A stretch of DNA of 46,168 nt, taken from positions 1-46,168 of the forward strand of contig JAUXSI010000004.1 in assembly GCA_030679985.1 (NCBI GenBank). Reading direction: 5' to 3'. The translations under genes and the position numbers were made by a program. This DNA is from Candidatus Moraniibacteriota bacterium. Lineage in GTDB: Bacteria; Patescibacteriota; Minisyncoccia; Moranbacterales; UBA2206. The notes under the pieces were generated by a model that saw only the letters and a program-made list of their open reading frames with translations, was not told the origin of the DNA and made no database searches. Shown piece after piece: positions 10,005 through 19,636 of this stretch. Within the stretch, counting starts at the first letter, position 1. The number at the start of each line of letters is the position of its first letter.

Positions 10005-11801
10005 ATGAGCCAAAAAAATGTCCGCAATTTCTGCATAATCGCCCACATCGATCATGGCAAGTCGACCCTTTCGGATCGGCTTTTAGAATTGACCCACACC
10101 GTGGAACAGCGCAATATGAAGGCGCAATTGTTGGATCAGATGGATTTGGAACGGGAGCGGGGCATCACCATCAAATTGCAGCCGGTGAGGATGGATTATG
10201 AACTCAATGGTGAAAAATATGTTTTGAATCTGATCGACACGCCGGGACACGTGGATTTCGGCTATGAAGTTTCCCGGTCTTTGGCGGCCGTGGAAGGCGC
10301 GGTGCTTTTGGTGGACGCGACCAAGGGCGTGCAAGCGCAGACCCTGTCGAATTTGTATCTGGCCATCGAACAGGGCCTGGAAATCATTCCGGTGGTCAAC
10401 AAAGTCGATTTGCCCAATGCCGATGCGCCGAAAGTGAAAAAGGAAATCATCCATGTTTTGGGTTGCAAGGAAGAGGATATTTTCGAAGTTTCCGGCAAGA
10501 CCGGACAGGGCGTCGATAAATTATTGGAAGAGATCGTGAAGACCGTGCCGTATCCGCAAGGCGATGCGGATAAACCGCTGCGCGCCCTTATTTTCGATTC
10601 CAAATACGACACATATAAAGGCGTGGTAGCGTATGTGCGGGTGCTGGACGGCAGCGTGAAGCGTGATGATGAGGTGGCGATGATGGCGGGAATGGCTGAT
10701 AGCGATGTGGTGGAGGTGGGATATTTCAAACCGGATATGCAAAAAGTCGACCGCTTGACGGCGGGCGATATCGGCTATTTGGCCACCGGTTTCAAGAGTG
10801 TGGAATATTGCCGGGTAGGCGATACGATTACCCTGGCCGGATACCGCGACAAAGTCGAAAGTTTGCCCGGCTATAAGAAAGTGACGCCGATGGTCTACGC
10901 TTCTTTCTATCCGATCGAGGGCGATGATTATAATTTTATGCGCGACGCTTTGGATAAGCTGAAGCTTAATGACGCGGCTTTCGAATTCGAGCCGGAGTCC
11001 AGCCAGGCTTTGGGAAGGGGGTTCCGTTGCGGTTTTCTGGGGATGCTGCACTTGGAAATCATCCAATCGAGATTGGAAAGGGAATTTGAAATCAGTCCGA
11101 CCATCACTACGCCGAGCGTCGTCTATGAAGTGGAAGTGAAGAGCCAGGCCGAAAGGATAAAGATTTATTCTGCTACCGAAATGCCGGACGCGTCGGTGAT
11201 CGACAAAATCTATGAACCCTATGCCAAGCTGGATATCATTTCGCCGGCCGCGTATCTGGGTTCGATTATGGAAGTGATGCGCAATACGCGGGCGCAATAT
11301 CTGAACACGGAATATATCGACAGCGAACGGATCATCCTGTCCTTCGATTGCCCTTTGACAGATGTCATTACCAATCTGCATGATGATTTGAAAAGCGCTT
11401 CTTCGGGTTACGCCTCGATGAATTATGAAATCAAGGATTATCGGCCGAATGACTTGGTGAAGATGGATATTTTGGTGGCCGGGGAGAAATTCGACGCTTT
11501 TTCGCGCATCGTGCCGAGGGAAAAAGCCAATTCGGAAGGCAAATCGATCGTGGAGAAATTGAAAAATTCTATTCCGAAGCAGAATTTCTTGATCGCCCTG
11601 CAGGCGGCTATCGGGGGCAAGGTGATCGCGCGCGAAAGCATCCAGGCTTTCCGCAAAGACGTGACCAGCGGACTATATGGCGGGGACATCACGCGTAAGC
11701 GCAAACTTTTGGAAAAACAGTAGAAAGGGAAAAAGAAGATGAAAAGCATCGGCCGCGTAAGCATTCCCTCGGACGCCTTCCTGGCGGTTTTAAAAAGATA
11801 A
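10005..11801 (+). CDS. lepA: Elongation factor 4 LepA, with in-frame TAG at 11721-11723
   Basis: IAHIDHGKSTL, ERERGITIK, DTPGHVDF, GFRCGFLGMLH, GGDITRKRKLLEKQ; the frame continues past TAG as KGKKKMKSIGRVSIPSDAFLAVLKR-TAA, the canonical LepA tail. Confidence 0.96.
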
Positions 11802-11815
11802 ACATAATAATTCCA

Positions 11816-12112
11816 ATGGACCCCGTTTCTCTAGGCGTCATAGTTTTTTTTCTAGCGATCAACGTCGTCGCTTTTTTGATTATGTTTTTTGATAAACTCA
11901 GCTCGCGTAAAGCGGGCGCCGAAAGGATTTCGGAAGGTCTGCTGTTTTTTATGGCCGCGGTTTTCGGCAGTGTCGGGGTTTATGCCGGGATGTTCGCTTT
12001 CCGCCACAAAACCCGGAAGTGGTATTTCATTATCGGGATCCCCGTGCTTATCTTGCAAAATTGCGCTTTATTATACGTCGCATACGGCTTTTTGACCGGT
12101 AATATCTGGTAA
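11816..12112 (+). CDS. DUF1294 family membrane protein
   Basis: DK....ERISE..L...G..G...GMFAFRHKTRK signature. Confidence 0.85.
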   Translation: MDPVSLGVIVFFLAINVVAFLIMFFDKLSSRKAGAERISEGLLFFMAAVFGSVGVYAGMFAFRHKTRKWYFIIGIPVLILQNCALLYVAYGFLTGNIW

Positions 12113-12126
12113 TTCGCAGCGGCCTA

Positions 12127-12155
12127 TTGACAAATCATTCTCTTTGCTGTATAAA
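12127..12155 (+). promoter_or_regulatory. sigma70-type promoter
   Basis: TTGACA-17 nt-TATAAA. Confidence 0.7.
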
Positions 12156-12226
12156 TCAGAGTTATCTGTGATGATGTTTTTTTAAAATAAAATCTAGTAA
12201 ACCTTGCTGGATTAAATTAACTCGGG

Positions 12227-12604
12227 GTGACGAAGATGGAAATAGAGACAACCATGCAGGAGTTGCTGAACAGGAAGTATCTCAAAATTGTGTTTGATAG
12301 AAAAAATTTGAGATACGCGAAATTTTTTTTGCGGCGCAATGCCGTCACTATCATCTTGAACTCGGAGAATAGTTTTACAGAGGACGCAGTCATTCTCCAG
12401 GAGGAAATCAATAATGTTTTCCGCGAAATGGGTGTCGCATTTTCTGTTGAGGCAAATTATAGCCCCGACGGGAATATCGACAAGTTCACGTTGAGAAATG
12501 TGAACGATATCGGAAAATGCAACTTCGCGGGGTTCATGGACAGATTGGTGTCCGGACTCCGAGTGGGCGAACTGCTTGTCTATTTTTGCGACAAGAAAAA
12601 TTAA
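12227..12604 (+). CDS. Hypothetical protein (start uncertain)
   Basis: 125-aa ORF between its own promoter and terminator; no recognisable motif. Confidence 0.6.
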   Translation: MTKMEIETTMQELLNRKYLKIVFDRKNLRYAKFFLRRNAVTIILNSENSFTEDAVILQEEINNVFREMGVAFSVEANYSPDGNIDKFTLRNVNDIGKCNFAGFMDRLVSGLRVGELLVYFCDKKN

Positions 12605-12614
12605 ACAAGCGGTT

Positions 12615-12651
12615 GGCGGGGAACAGGTTTTTACCTGTCCCCGCCTTTTTT
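12615..12651 (+). terminator. Intrinsic terminator
   Basis: GGCGGGGAACAGGT...ACCTGTCCCCGCC followed by TTTTTT. Confidence 0.85.
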
Positions 12652-12722
12652 ATTTCTCGGAATTTGTGCGCCAAGGGATTTTATTGTAGAATTCAGGCAG
12701 CTAACAATTAGCCGGCAACAAG

Positions 12723-13172
12723 ATGAAAAAAATACCAGCCAGATTCTCGGTGGGGGAAAACGATATCAAGGCGGCGGATATTCCGGCGGTGAACGGGTTG
12801 CTGAGACAATTGAATCCTGACGCTTCGGAAATAGATTACAAAAAAATAAAGGAAGTCATGCGCTATGGCGTAATCATGACGATACGTGATTCTTCCCAAA
12901 AAAACGTCCTGATCGGGATGGGCACGCTGATACCGTTGCGGAAGATATTCTCATTTTCCGGCACGATCGAGGACGTGGTCGTGAGCGAGGAATGTCGCGG
13001 TCAGGGATTGGGCCGGAAGATAATGCAGGTCTTGTTAGACAAGAGCCGGTCACTGGGGATGAAATGTGTCGATCTTACGAGCCGGCCGCAAAGGAAAATC
13101 GCCAACCAGCTCTACCAGTCGATCGGATTTGAGCGCCGCAAAACGAACGTCTACCGCTTTTCTAATAAATAA
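12723..13172 (+). CDS. GNAT N-acetyltransferase
   Basis: IEDVVV...RGQGLGR acetyl-CoA motif; LTSRPQR..ANQLYQSIGF. Confidence 0.9.
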   Translation: MKKIPARFSVGENDIKAADIPAVNGLLRQLNPDASEIDYKKIKEVMRYGVIMTIRDSSQKNVLIGMGTLIPLRKIFSFSGTIEDVVVSEECRGQGLGRKIMQVLLDKSRSLGMKCVDLTSRPQRKIANQLYQSIGFERRKTNVYRFSNK

Positions 13173-13181
13173 CTTCGAAAT

Positions 13182-14252
13182 TTGAAAACAAAAATCTTAA
13201 AATACATCTTGGCGGCGCTTTTTCTGGCAGTTTCATTTCTGGTCTGGCGTTCGGTCGACCGGGCGGTGAATGTCGCGGAGGCCAGCGTCTGGATGGTACC
13301 GATAATCTTCTTTTCAGCCTACATCATATTGGCCTATCTGAGCATCATCGTCATCCGGCGGACGGATGTTTTGCAATGGCTGTTTTTAGGTTCCATTCTG
13401 CCGAGTTTCTTTTTCGTGCACAGCCTCGGCCATTTGAATGCGGTTTTTGCAGCCTATGTTTTCCTGGCTTGGGGCGTAACCAGGATAACGGACGATCTGA
13501 GGCTGAATATCCGGATAAGCTTGCGGAAGTCCGTCCGTGCCGGAAGCGTTTGGGTCGTGCTGGCGTTGTCTTTATTGATCGCCAGCCAATATTACGCGTC
13601 GGCAAAAAACTTTGACACCGGTCGGCTCATCCCGCAATTCAGCGTGAGTTCGGTTTCGGGAAACCTGACTTCCAAGATTTTGGCGATGATAAATCCGGGC
13701 CTTGCGGACATCAGCCGTGAAGGCTTGACGGTCGACCAGTTCATATTGCAGATACAGCAGGAACAGGTTGGGGATCCGGCAGCGGTTTCAGCAAACATAA
13801 ACAATCAGATCGACCGGGAAATCGATAGGACCAATCCGGGGTTGTCAAAGACTCAGAAGGAATCATTGAAAGAAGAGACTTTGAAAAAAATCGCAAGCGC
13901 CAATTTGGAGATGGGCCGGGAACAGCAGGAGTTTATTCTGCAGGAAGGAAGGCGTAAGTTTTCAGAAATTTCCGGCAAAAGCCTGACGGGCGATGAGAAA
14001 GTCGCGGATGTTTTTTCGGATGCCATAAATCGGAAAATCGACCAGTATTTCGGTTCGGGATCGGCAATCCCCGGGAAGACATCCCCATTGCCGATGATGT
14101 TGGGCATCGGACTGTTCTTGACGGTTTTGTCTCTGGGTTCGGCTCTGGGCCCGGTTTGGATCTTGTTGGCCGGCGGGATATTCTGGATTTTTATGGAGAC
14201 CGGCCTGATACGCATCATACGGGTTCCGATCGAAATGGAGGTCATCGAATAG
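13182..14252 (+). CDS. Hypothetical multi-pass membrane protein with a large extracytoplasmic helical domain
   Basis: About 5 N-terminal TM segments, a soluble helical middle and a C-terminal TM. Confidence 0.75.
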   Translation: MKTKILKYILAALFLAVSFLVWRSVDRAVNVAEASVWMVPIIFFSAYIILAYLSIIVIRRTDVLQWLFLGSILPSFFFVHSLGHLNAVFAAYVFLAWGVTRITDDLRLNIRISLRKSVRAGSVWVVLALSLLIASQYYASAKNFDTGRLIPQFSVSSVSGNLTSKILAMINPGLADISREGLTVDQFILQIQQEQVGDPAAVSANINNQIDREIDRTNPGLSKTQKESLKEETLKKIASANLEMGREQQEFILQEGRRKFSEISGKSLTGDEKVADVFSDAINRKIDQYFGSGSAIPGKTSPLPMMLGIGLFLTVLSLGSALGPVWILLAGGIFWIFMETGLIRIIRVPIEMEVIE

Positions 14253-14263
14253 GTGGATGGGGA

Positions 14264-14290
14264 TTAGCACTCTTAATGGAAGATTGCTAA
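14264..14290 (+). promoter_or_regulatory. CIRCE element (HrcA operator)
   Basis: TTAGCACTC-N9-GATTGCTAA (1 mismatch to TTAGCACTC-N9-GAGTGCTAA) upstream of dnaJ; right arm overlaps a putative -35 TTGCTA. Confidence 0.9.
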
Positions 14291-14347
14291 TTTGTCGTTT
14301 TTGTGCTAGATTGGATGGGTAAGAAATAAGGCGTGTTTTCCAAATAT

Positions 14348-15439
14348 ATGGCGAAAAATTATTATGATATCCTGGGGGTTTCTAAAGGCGCGACGGATGA
14401 TGAAATCAAAAAAGCTTATCGGAAATTGGCGCACAAACACCATCCGGACAAATCCGGCGGGGATGAAGCCAAATTCAAAGAAATAAATGAGGCCTACCAG
14501 GTCTTGTCGGACCAGAGCAAGCGCCAGCAATATGACCAATTCGGGCAAACCTTCGAAGGCGGCTCGGCCGGCGCCGGCGGTTTCGGCGGTTTTGACTTTT
14601 CCGGTTTCCAAGGTTTTGGCGGACAGAATAGCGGCTTCGAATTCGGCGGGGAAGGCTTTGAGGACATTTTTTCCAATATTTTCGGCGGCAATTCCCGGGC
14701 GCGCCGGCGAGCGCGTGGCGCGGATATCCAGGTGGATGTGGAAATCAACTTTGCGGAAATGGTCAATGGAACGGAGAAGGACATCGAATTGTATAAAAGG
14801 GTGGTGTGCGACCGTTGTCATGGTTCAGGCGGCGAACCGCAGGCTGATATGAAAACTTGCCCGACTTGCAAGGGTTCGGGCCGGGTGGAAACGTTGCGAC
14901 GCAGTTTGTTCGGCAGTTTCTCGCAAGTTTCCGAGTGTCCGGAATGCCATGGGGAAGGCAAAGTGTATGAAAAGAAATGTTCCAAGTGCGGAGGTGACGG
15001 GCGGGTCAAGGAAGAACAGAAAATCAAACTGAATATTCCGGCGGGCATCGCCGATGGCCAGACGATGTCGATGCAGGGCCAGGGCGAGGCTGGTGAGAAA
15101 GGCGCGCCGGCCGGCGATCTGTATATCAATATCCGCGTTTTGCCGCACAAGAAATTCAAGCGCAAGGGCCAGGATATCCTGAGTACGGAATTCGTGCCGT
15201 TTTCGGTGGCGACCCTTGGGGGAAAAATTGAGATTGAAACTATCAACGGCACACTCATTTTGAAAATCCCAACCGGTACCCAATCGGGCGAGGTTTTCCG
15301 CATCAAGGGCGCCGGCGTGCCGGAACTCAATGGCCGTGGCGTAGGCAACCAATTGGTGACGGTGGTGGTCAAGGTTCCCAAAAGTTTGAGCCGCGAGCAA
15401 AAAGATTTGCTGGAGAAATTGAAAAACCAAGGTATTTAA
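14348..15439 (+). CDS. dnaJ: Chaperone DnaJ
   Basis: J-domain with HPD, G/F-rich linker, four CxxCxGxG repeats; start placed at MAKNYY. Confidence 0.96.
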   Translation: MAKNYYDILGVSKGATDDEIKKAYRKLAHKHHPDKSGGDEAKFKEINEAYQVLSDQSKRQQYDQFGQTFEGGSAGAGGFGGFDFSGFQGFGGQNSGFEFGGEGFEDIFSNIFGGNSRARRRARGADIQVDVEINFAEMVNGTEKDIELYKRVVCDRCHGSGGEPQADMKTCPTCKGSGRVETLRRSLFGSFSQVSECPECHGEGKVYEKKCSKCGGDGRVKEEQKIKLNIPAGIADGQTMSMQGQGEAGEKGAPAGDLYINIRVLPHKKFKRKGQDILSTEFVPFSVATLGGKIEIETINGTLILKIPTGTQSGEVFRIKGAGVPELNGRGVGNQLVTVVVKVPKSLSREQKDLLEKLKNQGI

Positions 15440-15452
15440 ATTTACGAGGGGA

Positions 15453-15488
15453 AAAAGCATCCCACATCTTTGAATGGGATGCTTTTTG
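15453..15488 (+). terminator. Intrinsic (possibly bidirectional) terminator
   Basis: AAAAAGCATCCCA...TGGGATGCTTTTT. Confidence 0.8.
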
Positions 15489-15538
15489 AGCGGCTATTCG
15501 ACGTTTGTCCGTTCGATGAAAGCAATCTAATATGTGTT

Positions 15539-15567
15539 TTGACTTCCTTACTTTTTAACATTATAAT
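15539..15567 (+). promoter_or_regulatory. sigma70-type promoter
   Basis: TTGACT-17 nt-TATAAT. Confidence 0.75.
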
Positions 15568-15686
15568 GGTACATTACAATACGGATTTGAAAAATTGGGA
15601 ATATGGCCAGTTGGAACCTTAAAAAAGGAATAAAAATCATAATCAGCTTGAATCCGTGTTTTTTGGATCTAAGTAAGGAGCGGAAA

Positions 15687-15899
15687 ATGCAAAAGCGAAA
15701 AGCAGACGGAAGAAAGGCGGCACGAATCGAGATTTATATGGACGGAGAATCCGTTTTGCCCTTCGAAGGCACGATAGGGCAGGCGATTGAAAGAGTTCAG
15801 TACATTGCCAAGAGTGTAATCGCGACATTTGAGGTTATTGAATTCACTCCGGACAATCAGGAGGGTACAGTCCGCTATAATAGCGCGAAAGACTCCTAG
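15687..15899 (+). CDS. Small hypothetical protein (70 aa)
   Basis: SD AAGGAG 6 nt before ATG 15687; own promoter and terminator. Confidence 0.6.
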   Translation: MQKRKADGRKAARIEIYMDGESVLPFEGTIGQAIERVQYIAKSVIATFEVIEFTPDNQEGTVRYNSAKDS

Positions 15900-15929
15900 G
15901 ATTTTATGTTATGTGGAGTAACCATCATC

Positions 15930-15966
15930 AGGCCCATCAATCGCACGCGATCGATAGGCCTTTTTT
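15930..15966 (+). terminator. Intrinsic terminator
   Basis: AGGCCCATCAATCGC...GCGATCGATAGGCC followed by TTTTTT. Confidence 0.8.
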
Positions 15967-16031
15967 AATAGGAAATTTGGCGGCGGCTTTTTATTCTGTC
16001 AAATGCCGGATTCGGGCGGTAGAAATTAAGG

Positions 16032-16060
16032 TTGAGCGAAGAGACGAAGAGGAGTAGACT
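16032..16060 (+). promoter_or_regulatory. sigma70-type promoter, probably leaderless transcript
   Basis: TTGAGC-17 nt-TAGACT, then 7 nt, then ATG 16068. Confidence 0.6.
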
Positions 16061-16067
16061 GGAAGAT

Positions 16068-17354
16068 ATGGAACAAAAAACCGCCCTTGAAATTCTTAAG
16101 CTTGGATATAATGTCTTTTTGACCGGTCCGGCCGGTTCAGGCAAGACCTATCTGCTTAAACAATATATCGACTATCTGAAAAGCCGCGACATCGGCGTGG
16201 CTGTGACGGCGTCCACCGGCATCGCCGCCACTCATATGAACGGGCAGACGATCCATAGCTGGTCAGGTATGGGCATCAGTGAAACCTTTAATGAGGCTGA
16301 TTTCGCCAAGCTCAAGAAAAGAGGTTACCAGCAGGAGCGTTTCAAGAAAACCAAAGTTTTGATCATCGATGAGATCTCGATGTTGCACGCGCATCAACTG
16401 GACATCGTCAACAGTATCTGCAAAAGTTTCAAGGAGCCGTTTCTGGCTTTCGGCGGATTGCAAGTCATTTTGTGCGGGGATTTCTTCCAGTTGCCGCCAG
16501 TCACGAAATCCAAAGAGGAAACGCGCTTCGTCATCGAATCCGACGCCTGGCGGGAGATGGACCCGAAAGTCTGCTATCTGGAAGAACAGCACCGCCAAGA
16601 AGATCGGGAGATGCTTAAAATTTTGAATGACATCCGTTCGCAATCATGCGACGAAAAAACCAAAGCGCTTTTGGTCTCCCGCGCCAATATTGAAATTGGA
16701 AACACTCTCAGGCCCACGCGCCTCTTCACTCACAACGCCAATGTGGACGCAATCAACGCTTTGGAGTTGGGGAAAATAAAAGGAGAATCCAAGTTGTTCC
16801 GGATGACAGAGAATGGCAACGAGTATCTGGTCGCTTCCGTGAAAAAAGGATGTCTCGCGCCGGAAAAACTGGCGCTCAAAAAAGGCGCGGTGGTGATGTT
16901 CGTGAAAAATAATTTTGACCGCGGCTATGTCAACGGCACGCTGGGCGAAGTAGCCGGTTTCGACAGCAAGGGAATGCCAATCGTGGATACGGTGTCCGGC
17001 AAGACCATCGTGGCTACGCCGGAAAAATGGTCCATTGAAGAAAACGACGAATCTTTGGCTTCTGTTTCCCAAATCCCATTGCGATTGGCGTGGGCCATTA
17101 CCGTCCACAAAAGCCAAGGTATGACTTTGGACGCGGTGGAGATGGATCTCAGCAAATCCTTCGAGTATGGCATGGGCTACGTCGCCCTCTCGCGCGTCCG
17201 CACCTTGTCCGGCATCAAGCTCTTAGGCATCAACGAACGCGCCCTGCAAGTCAATCCGAAGGTGCTTGCGCTCGACAAACTCTTGGCTGAATCTTCACAA
17301 AACAACGCCCGCAATCTCGTCCAGTTGGGGCAGTTGAAAAAGAAAACGGTATGA
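16068..17354 (+). CDS. PIF1/RecD-like SF1B helicase
   Basis: TGPAGSGKT, ASTGIAA, TIHSW, IIDEISM, GDFFQLPPV, QIPLRLAWAITVHKSQGMTLD, YVALSR. Confidence 0.92.
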   Translation: MEQKTALEILKLGYNVFLTGPAGSGKTYLLKQYIDYLKSRDIGVAVTASTGIAATHMNGQTIHSWSGMGISETFNEADFAKLKKRGYQQERFKKTKVLIIDEISMLHAHQLDIVNSICKSFKEPFLAFGGLQVILCGDFFQLPPVTKSKEETRFVIESDAWREMDPKVCYLEEQHRQEDREMLKILNDIRSQSCDEKTKALLVSRANIEIGNTLRPTRLFTHNANVDAINALELGKIKGESKLFRMTENGNEYLVASVKKGCLAPEKLALKKGAVVMFVKNNFDRGYVNGTLGEVAGFDSKGMPIVDTVSGKTIVATPEKWSIEENDESLASVSQIPLRLAWAITVHKSQGMTLDAVEMDLSKSFEYGMGYVALSRVRTLSGIKLLGINERALQVNPKVLALDKLLAESSQNNARNLVQLGQLKKKTV

Positions 17355-17359
17355 TGGGA

Positions 17360-17390
17360 TTTTTGCCATATGTCTGATTTGGAATAAAAA
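17360..17390 (+). repeat. Degenerate direct repeat, left copy (partner 18266-18297)
   Basis: TTTTTGCCATATGTCTGATTTGGAATAAAAA vs TTTTTGCCATATATCCGCTTTGGGCGTAAAAT. Confidence 0.65.
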
Positions 17391-17421
17391 ACAAGCGGGG
17401 CATTCCTAGTGCTTCCGCTTG
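17386..17421 (-). terminator. Intrinsic terminator for the minus-strand ORF
   Basis: CAAGCGGGGCA/TGCTTCCGCTTG stem with an A-tract on the left (U-tract on the minus strand). Confidence 0.75.
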
Positions 17422-17445
17422 GGCTTGTGCAGCACGATAGCTGCT

Positions 17446-18174
17446 TTATAGGTGAATGATTTTTTTCCGCCTCTGAATTTCTTCATAGGCAAGTTTGAAT
17501 TGCCGGTCATCCAAATAACCGCAACTTGCTATGGATTCGGATTTGCGTCCGATCCTGATTATGTCTGAAAAACCTAGGATCATAGCCGTCAAATCAACAG
17601 CAACTTCGTTGTTTCTCAGGGGGTGGTTTGACATAGCTAGGATGACGTGGGATAGCTCATGGGATATTGAATAGATGAAAATTTCCAATGAGGTTCTGAC
17701 TATGCGTCTGAAGATAAACATAAGGATTTTCATCTCGGTGAATTCCCTTGTCCCATACAAGGGAAAATATCTTGGTTGAAGGATAAGCGCTCCGGCATCA
17801 GTCAAGTCCTTAGCAAGGGCTGATTGACTGACAGTGTACCCCATTTTTTTGATAGCATCCATGAGTAATGTGCGCAGCGATTCTTGCTTGCAATGCTCAT
17901 TGATGTAGCAAATCCTAAGTGTCAAGTCATTGAGCTTCAAGATGTGCTTGACCTTCCTGATGCACTCTGAGAATTCTCCAGAATCATATAATGACCGGAG
18001 TTCTTCCGTGGTTGAGTCCGGGAGACTCTTGATGCCTCCCAATGAAAAGTGCAGGCTCCGTATGAAATCACGGATCTCATTATCAGTCGCGGTTACTATG
18101 GTTTCCACGTCGTTTCCTCCTGGTTTTTTGATTGTGAAATATGCATAATTGATATTCAGATGTTCGGACATCAA
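17446..18174 (-). CDS. HExxH-motif putative Zn metallopeptidase (ImmA/IrrE-like, tentative)
   Basis: SISHELSHVIL followed by NEVAVDLTAMILGF and CGYL; AT-richer than the flanks. Confidence 0.6.
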   Translation of the reverse strand: MMSEHLNINYAYFTIKKPGGNDVETIVTATDNEIRDFIRSLHFSLGGIKSLPDSTTEELRSLYDSGEFSECIRKVKHILKLNDLTLRICYINEHCKQESLRTLLMDAIKKMGYTVSQSALAKDLTDAGALILQPRYFPLYGTREFTEMKILMFIFRRIVRTSLEIFIYSISHELSHVILAMSNHPLRNNEVAVDLTAMILGFSDIIRIGRKSESIASCGYLDDRQFKLAYEEIQRRKKIIHL

Positions 18175-18203
18175 ATTATGGTTTGTTAAATTGCAGATTA
18201 TCT

Positions 18204-18232
18204 ATTTAAGCATATTTATGCCGTCTTGTCAA
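18204..18232 (-). promoter_or_regulatory. sigma70-type promoter (minus strand)
   Basis: Minus strand TTGACA-17 nt-TTAAAT. Confidence 0.55.
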
Positions 18233-18268
18233 TCTGAGCCTTGCTAAGCCTTAAGGATACTGGCTTTT

Positions 18269-18297
18269 TTGCCATATATCCGCTTTGGGCGTAAAAT
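18269..18297 (+). promoter_or_regulatory. sigma70-type promoter within the right copy of the direct repeat
   Basis: TTGCCA-17 nt-TAAAAT. Confidence 0.6.
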
Positions 18298-18417
18298 TGG
18301 GACAGATATGAATGTACGTCTATTTTAAAAACTGGGTTTGGCAGGTGAGTTTTTGGATGGAGCGGGGGATTTGATGGATTTGGGGCGAATAAATTTAAGA
18401 AAGATTATATAACCAAT

Positions 18418-18861
18418 ATGAAAGTCCAAGAATTCAGGGAAAATATACGAGCCGGCGTGAAGATCGTCGCCGATGGAAAAGAGTTTGAGGTTGAGGAGGT
18501 GGTCAAGTTCAGATTTGATGATGGAAATTTTTATATCAAATGTTTCATGTCGGACGGATTTGTTTTGGCTGATGATGAAAATGAAAACAGTTTCGTGCTG
18601 GTCAAAGAAATAAAAAACGATTTTATGCCGCCGTTCCCAAAAATCCTGCGATTTGACGGCAAGGAATTTGAATTCCTTTTCGAAGCCCACGCGGTTGCTG
18701 AAGAAATTGAGGGCAAAGAGATTTTCAAGAAAGGTGACAGTGAAACTTTTTGGGATTTTTCATCTGCTGGCGGAGCATATCTGAGTCTCGGCATCAATGA
18801 CCGATCCGGAGAAAGGCAGGATTTTTATGGTAAGATACTTGAGGGGGTCAACTTAATTTAA
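18418..18861 (+). CDS. Hypothetical protein, DUF4178-like
   Basis: Beta-rich, PFPKILRFDGKEF and FWDF...YLSL pattern recalled for DUF4178; family call tentative. Confidence 0.55.
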   Translation: MKVQEFRENIRAGVKIVADGKEFEVEEVVKFRFDDGNFYIKCFMSDGFVLADDENENSFVLVKEIKNDFMPPFPKILRFDGKEFEFLFEAHAVAEEIEGKEIFKKGDSETFWDFSSAGGAYLSLGINDRSGERQDFYGKILEGVNLI

Positions 18862-18873
18862 AAAAAGAAAAAT

Positions 18874-19590
18874 ATGTTCAAAATAGATTTGCATACCCAC
18901 ACAATCGCTAGTGGCCATGCCTTCGGAACTGTCCAGGAAAATGCCAGAGAAGCTAAAAACAAAGGAATTGAACTTCTTGGCATTACTGACCATGGAAGCG
19001 CGATGGGAGGAGCCGCATATGAATTTTATTTCAGGTGCGGCAATCGACTCCCAAAAAATATAGAAGGAGTCCGCATATTATTCGGCGTCGAGGCTAATGT
19101 CATCGATGATGCGGGTCAACTTGATTTATCGGATAATATTCTGAAAAATCTAGACTTTGTCATAGTCGGCATACATTATGATTGCGGATATATTGATCAA
19201 GGCGTGGAAAAAAACACGGAAACTTTGATCAAAGCTATGCAAAATCCTTATGTAAAAATAGTTTCGCATCCATATTGGTCCATGATGCCGGTTGATATAG
19301 AAGCGATCGCAAAAGAGGCTGTCAAAAAAAACATACTTTTGGAAATAAACGCCTCTTTTTTCTACACAAACAAATTGGAGGATGAAGTTATGTGGGGAAA
19401 GATGAAAAAAATGATAAAGATTCTGAAAGAAAGCGGGCAAAAAATGATTCTAAATTCTGATGCGCATAGCCCTTATGAAGTGGGAAGATTCCAAGAGGTT
19501 GTCGATAAATTTGGCGAGCTTGGCATTGATGAAGGCGATTTGTTGAATGATGATGTTGAGGGGGTGTTGAAGTTTTTAGGCAAGGAATGA
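18874..19590 (+). CDS. PHP-family phosphatase (YcdX-like)
   Basis: DLHTHTIASGHA, GITDHG, GVEAN, SHP, EIN, NSDAH. Confidence 0.9.
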   Translation: MFKIDLHTHTIASGHAFGTVQENAREAKNKGIELLGITDHGSAMGGAAYEFYFRCGNRLPKNIEGVRILFGVEANVIDDAGQLDLSDNILKNLDFVIVGIHYDCGYIDQGVEKNTETLIKAMQNPYVKIVSHPYWSMMPVDIEAIAKEAVKKNILLEINASFFYTNKLEDEVMWGKMKKMIKILKESGQKMILNSDAHSPYEVGRFQEVVDKFGELGIDEGDLLNDDVEGVLKFLGKE

Positions 19591-19636
19591 TTTTTTGTGC
19601 AAATAACCAATTTTATCGCTATGTTTCCGACTCCAC

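Noticed and set aside
943-11723. Genome-wide TAG reassignment or pyrrolysine
   Set aside because: The two in-frame TAGs align to different residues (Leu, Lys), TAG ends mreB, mrdA and serS at plausible positions, and no pyl genes or suppressor tRNA are in the window
17352-17387. TGA readthrough (genetic code 25) at the helicase end
   Set aside because: TGA is a normal stop for many genes here (e.g. 2534, 9959, 23508) and long ORFs are intact under code 11
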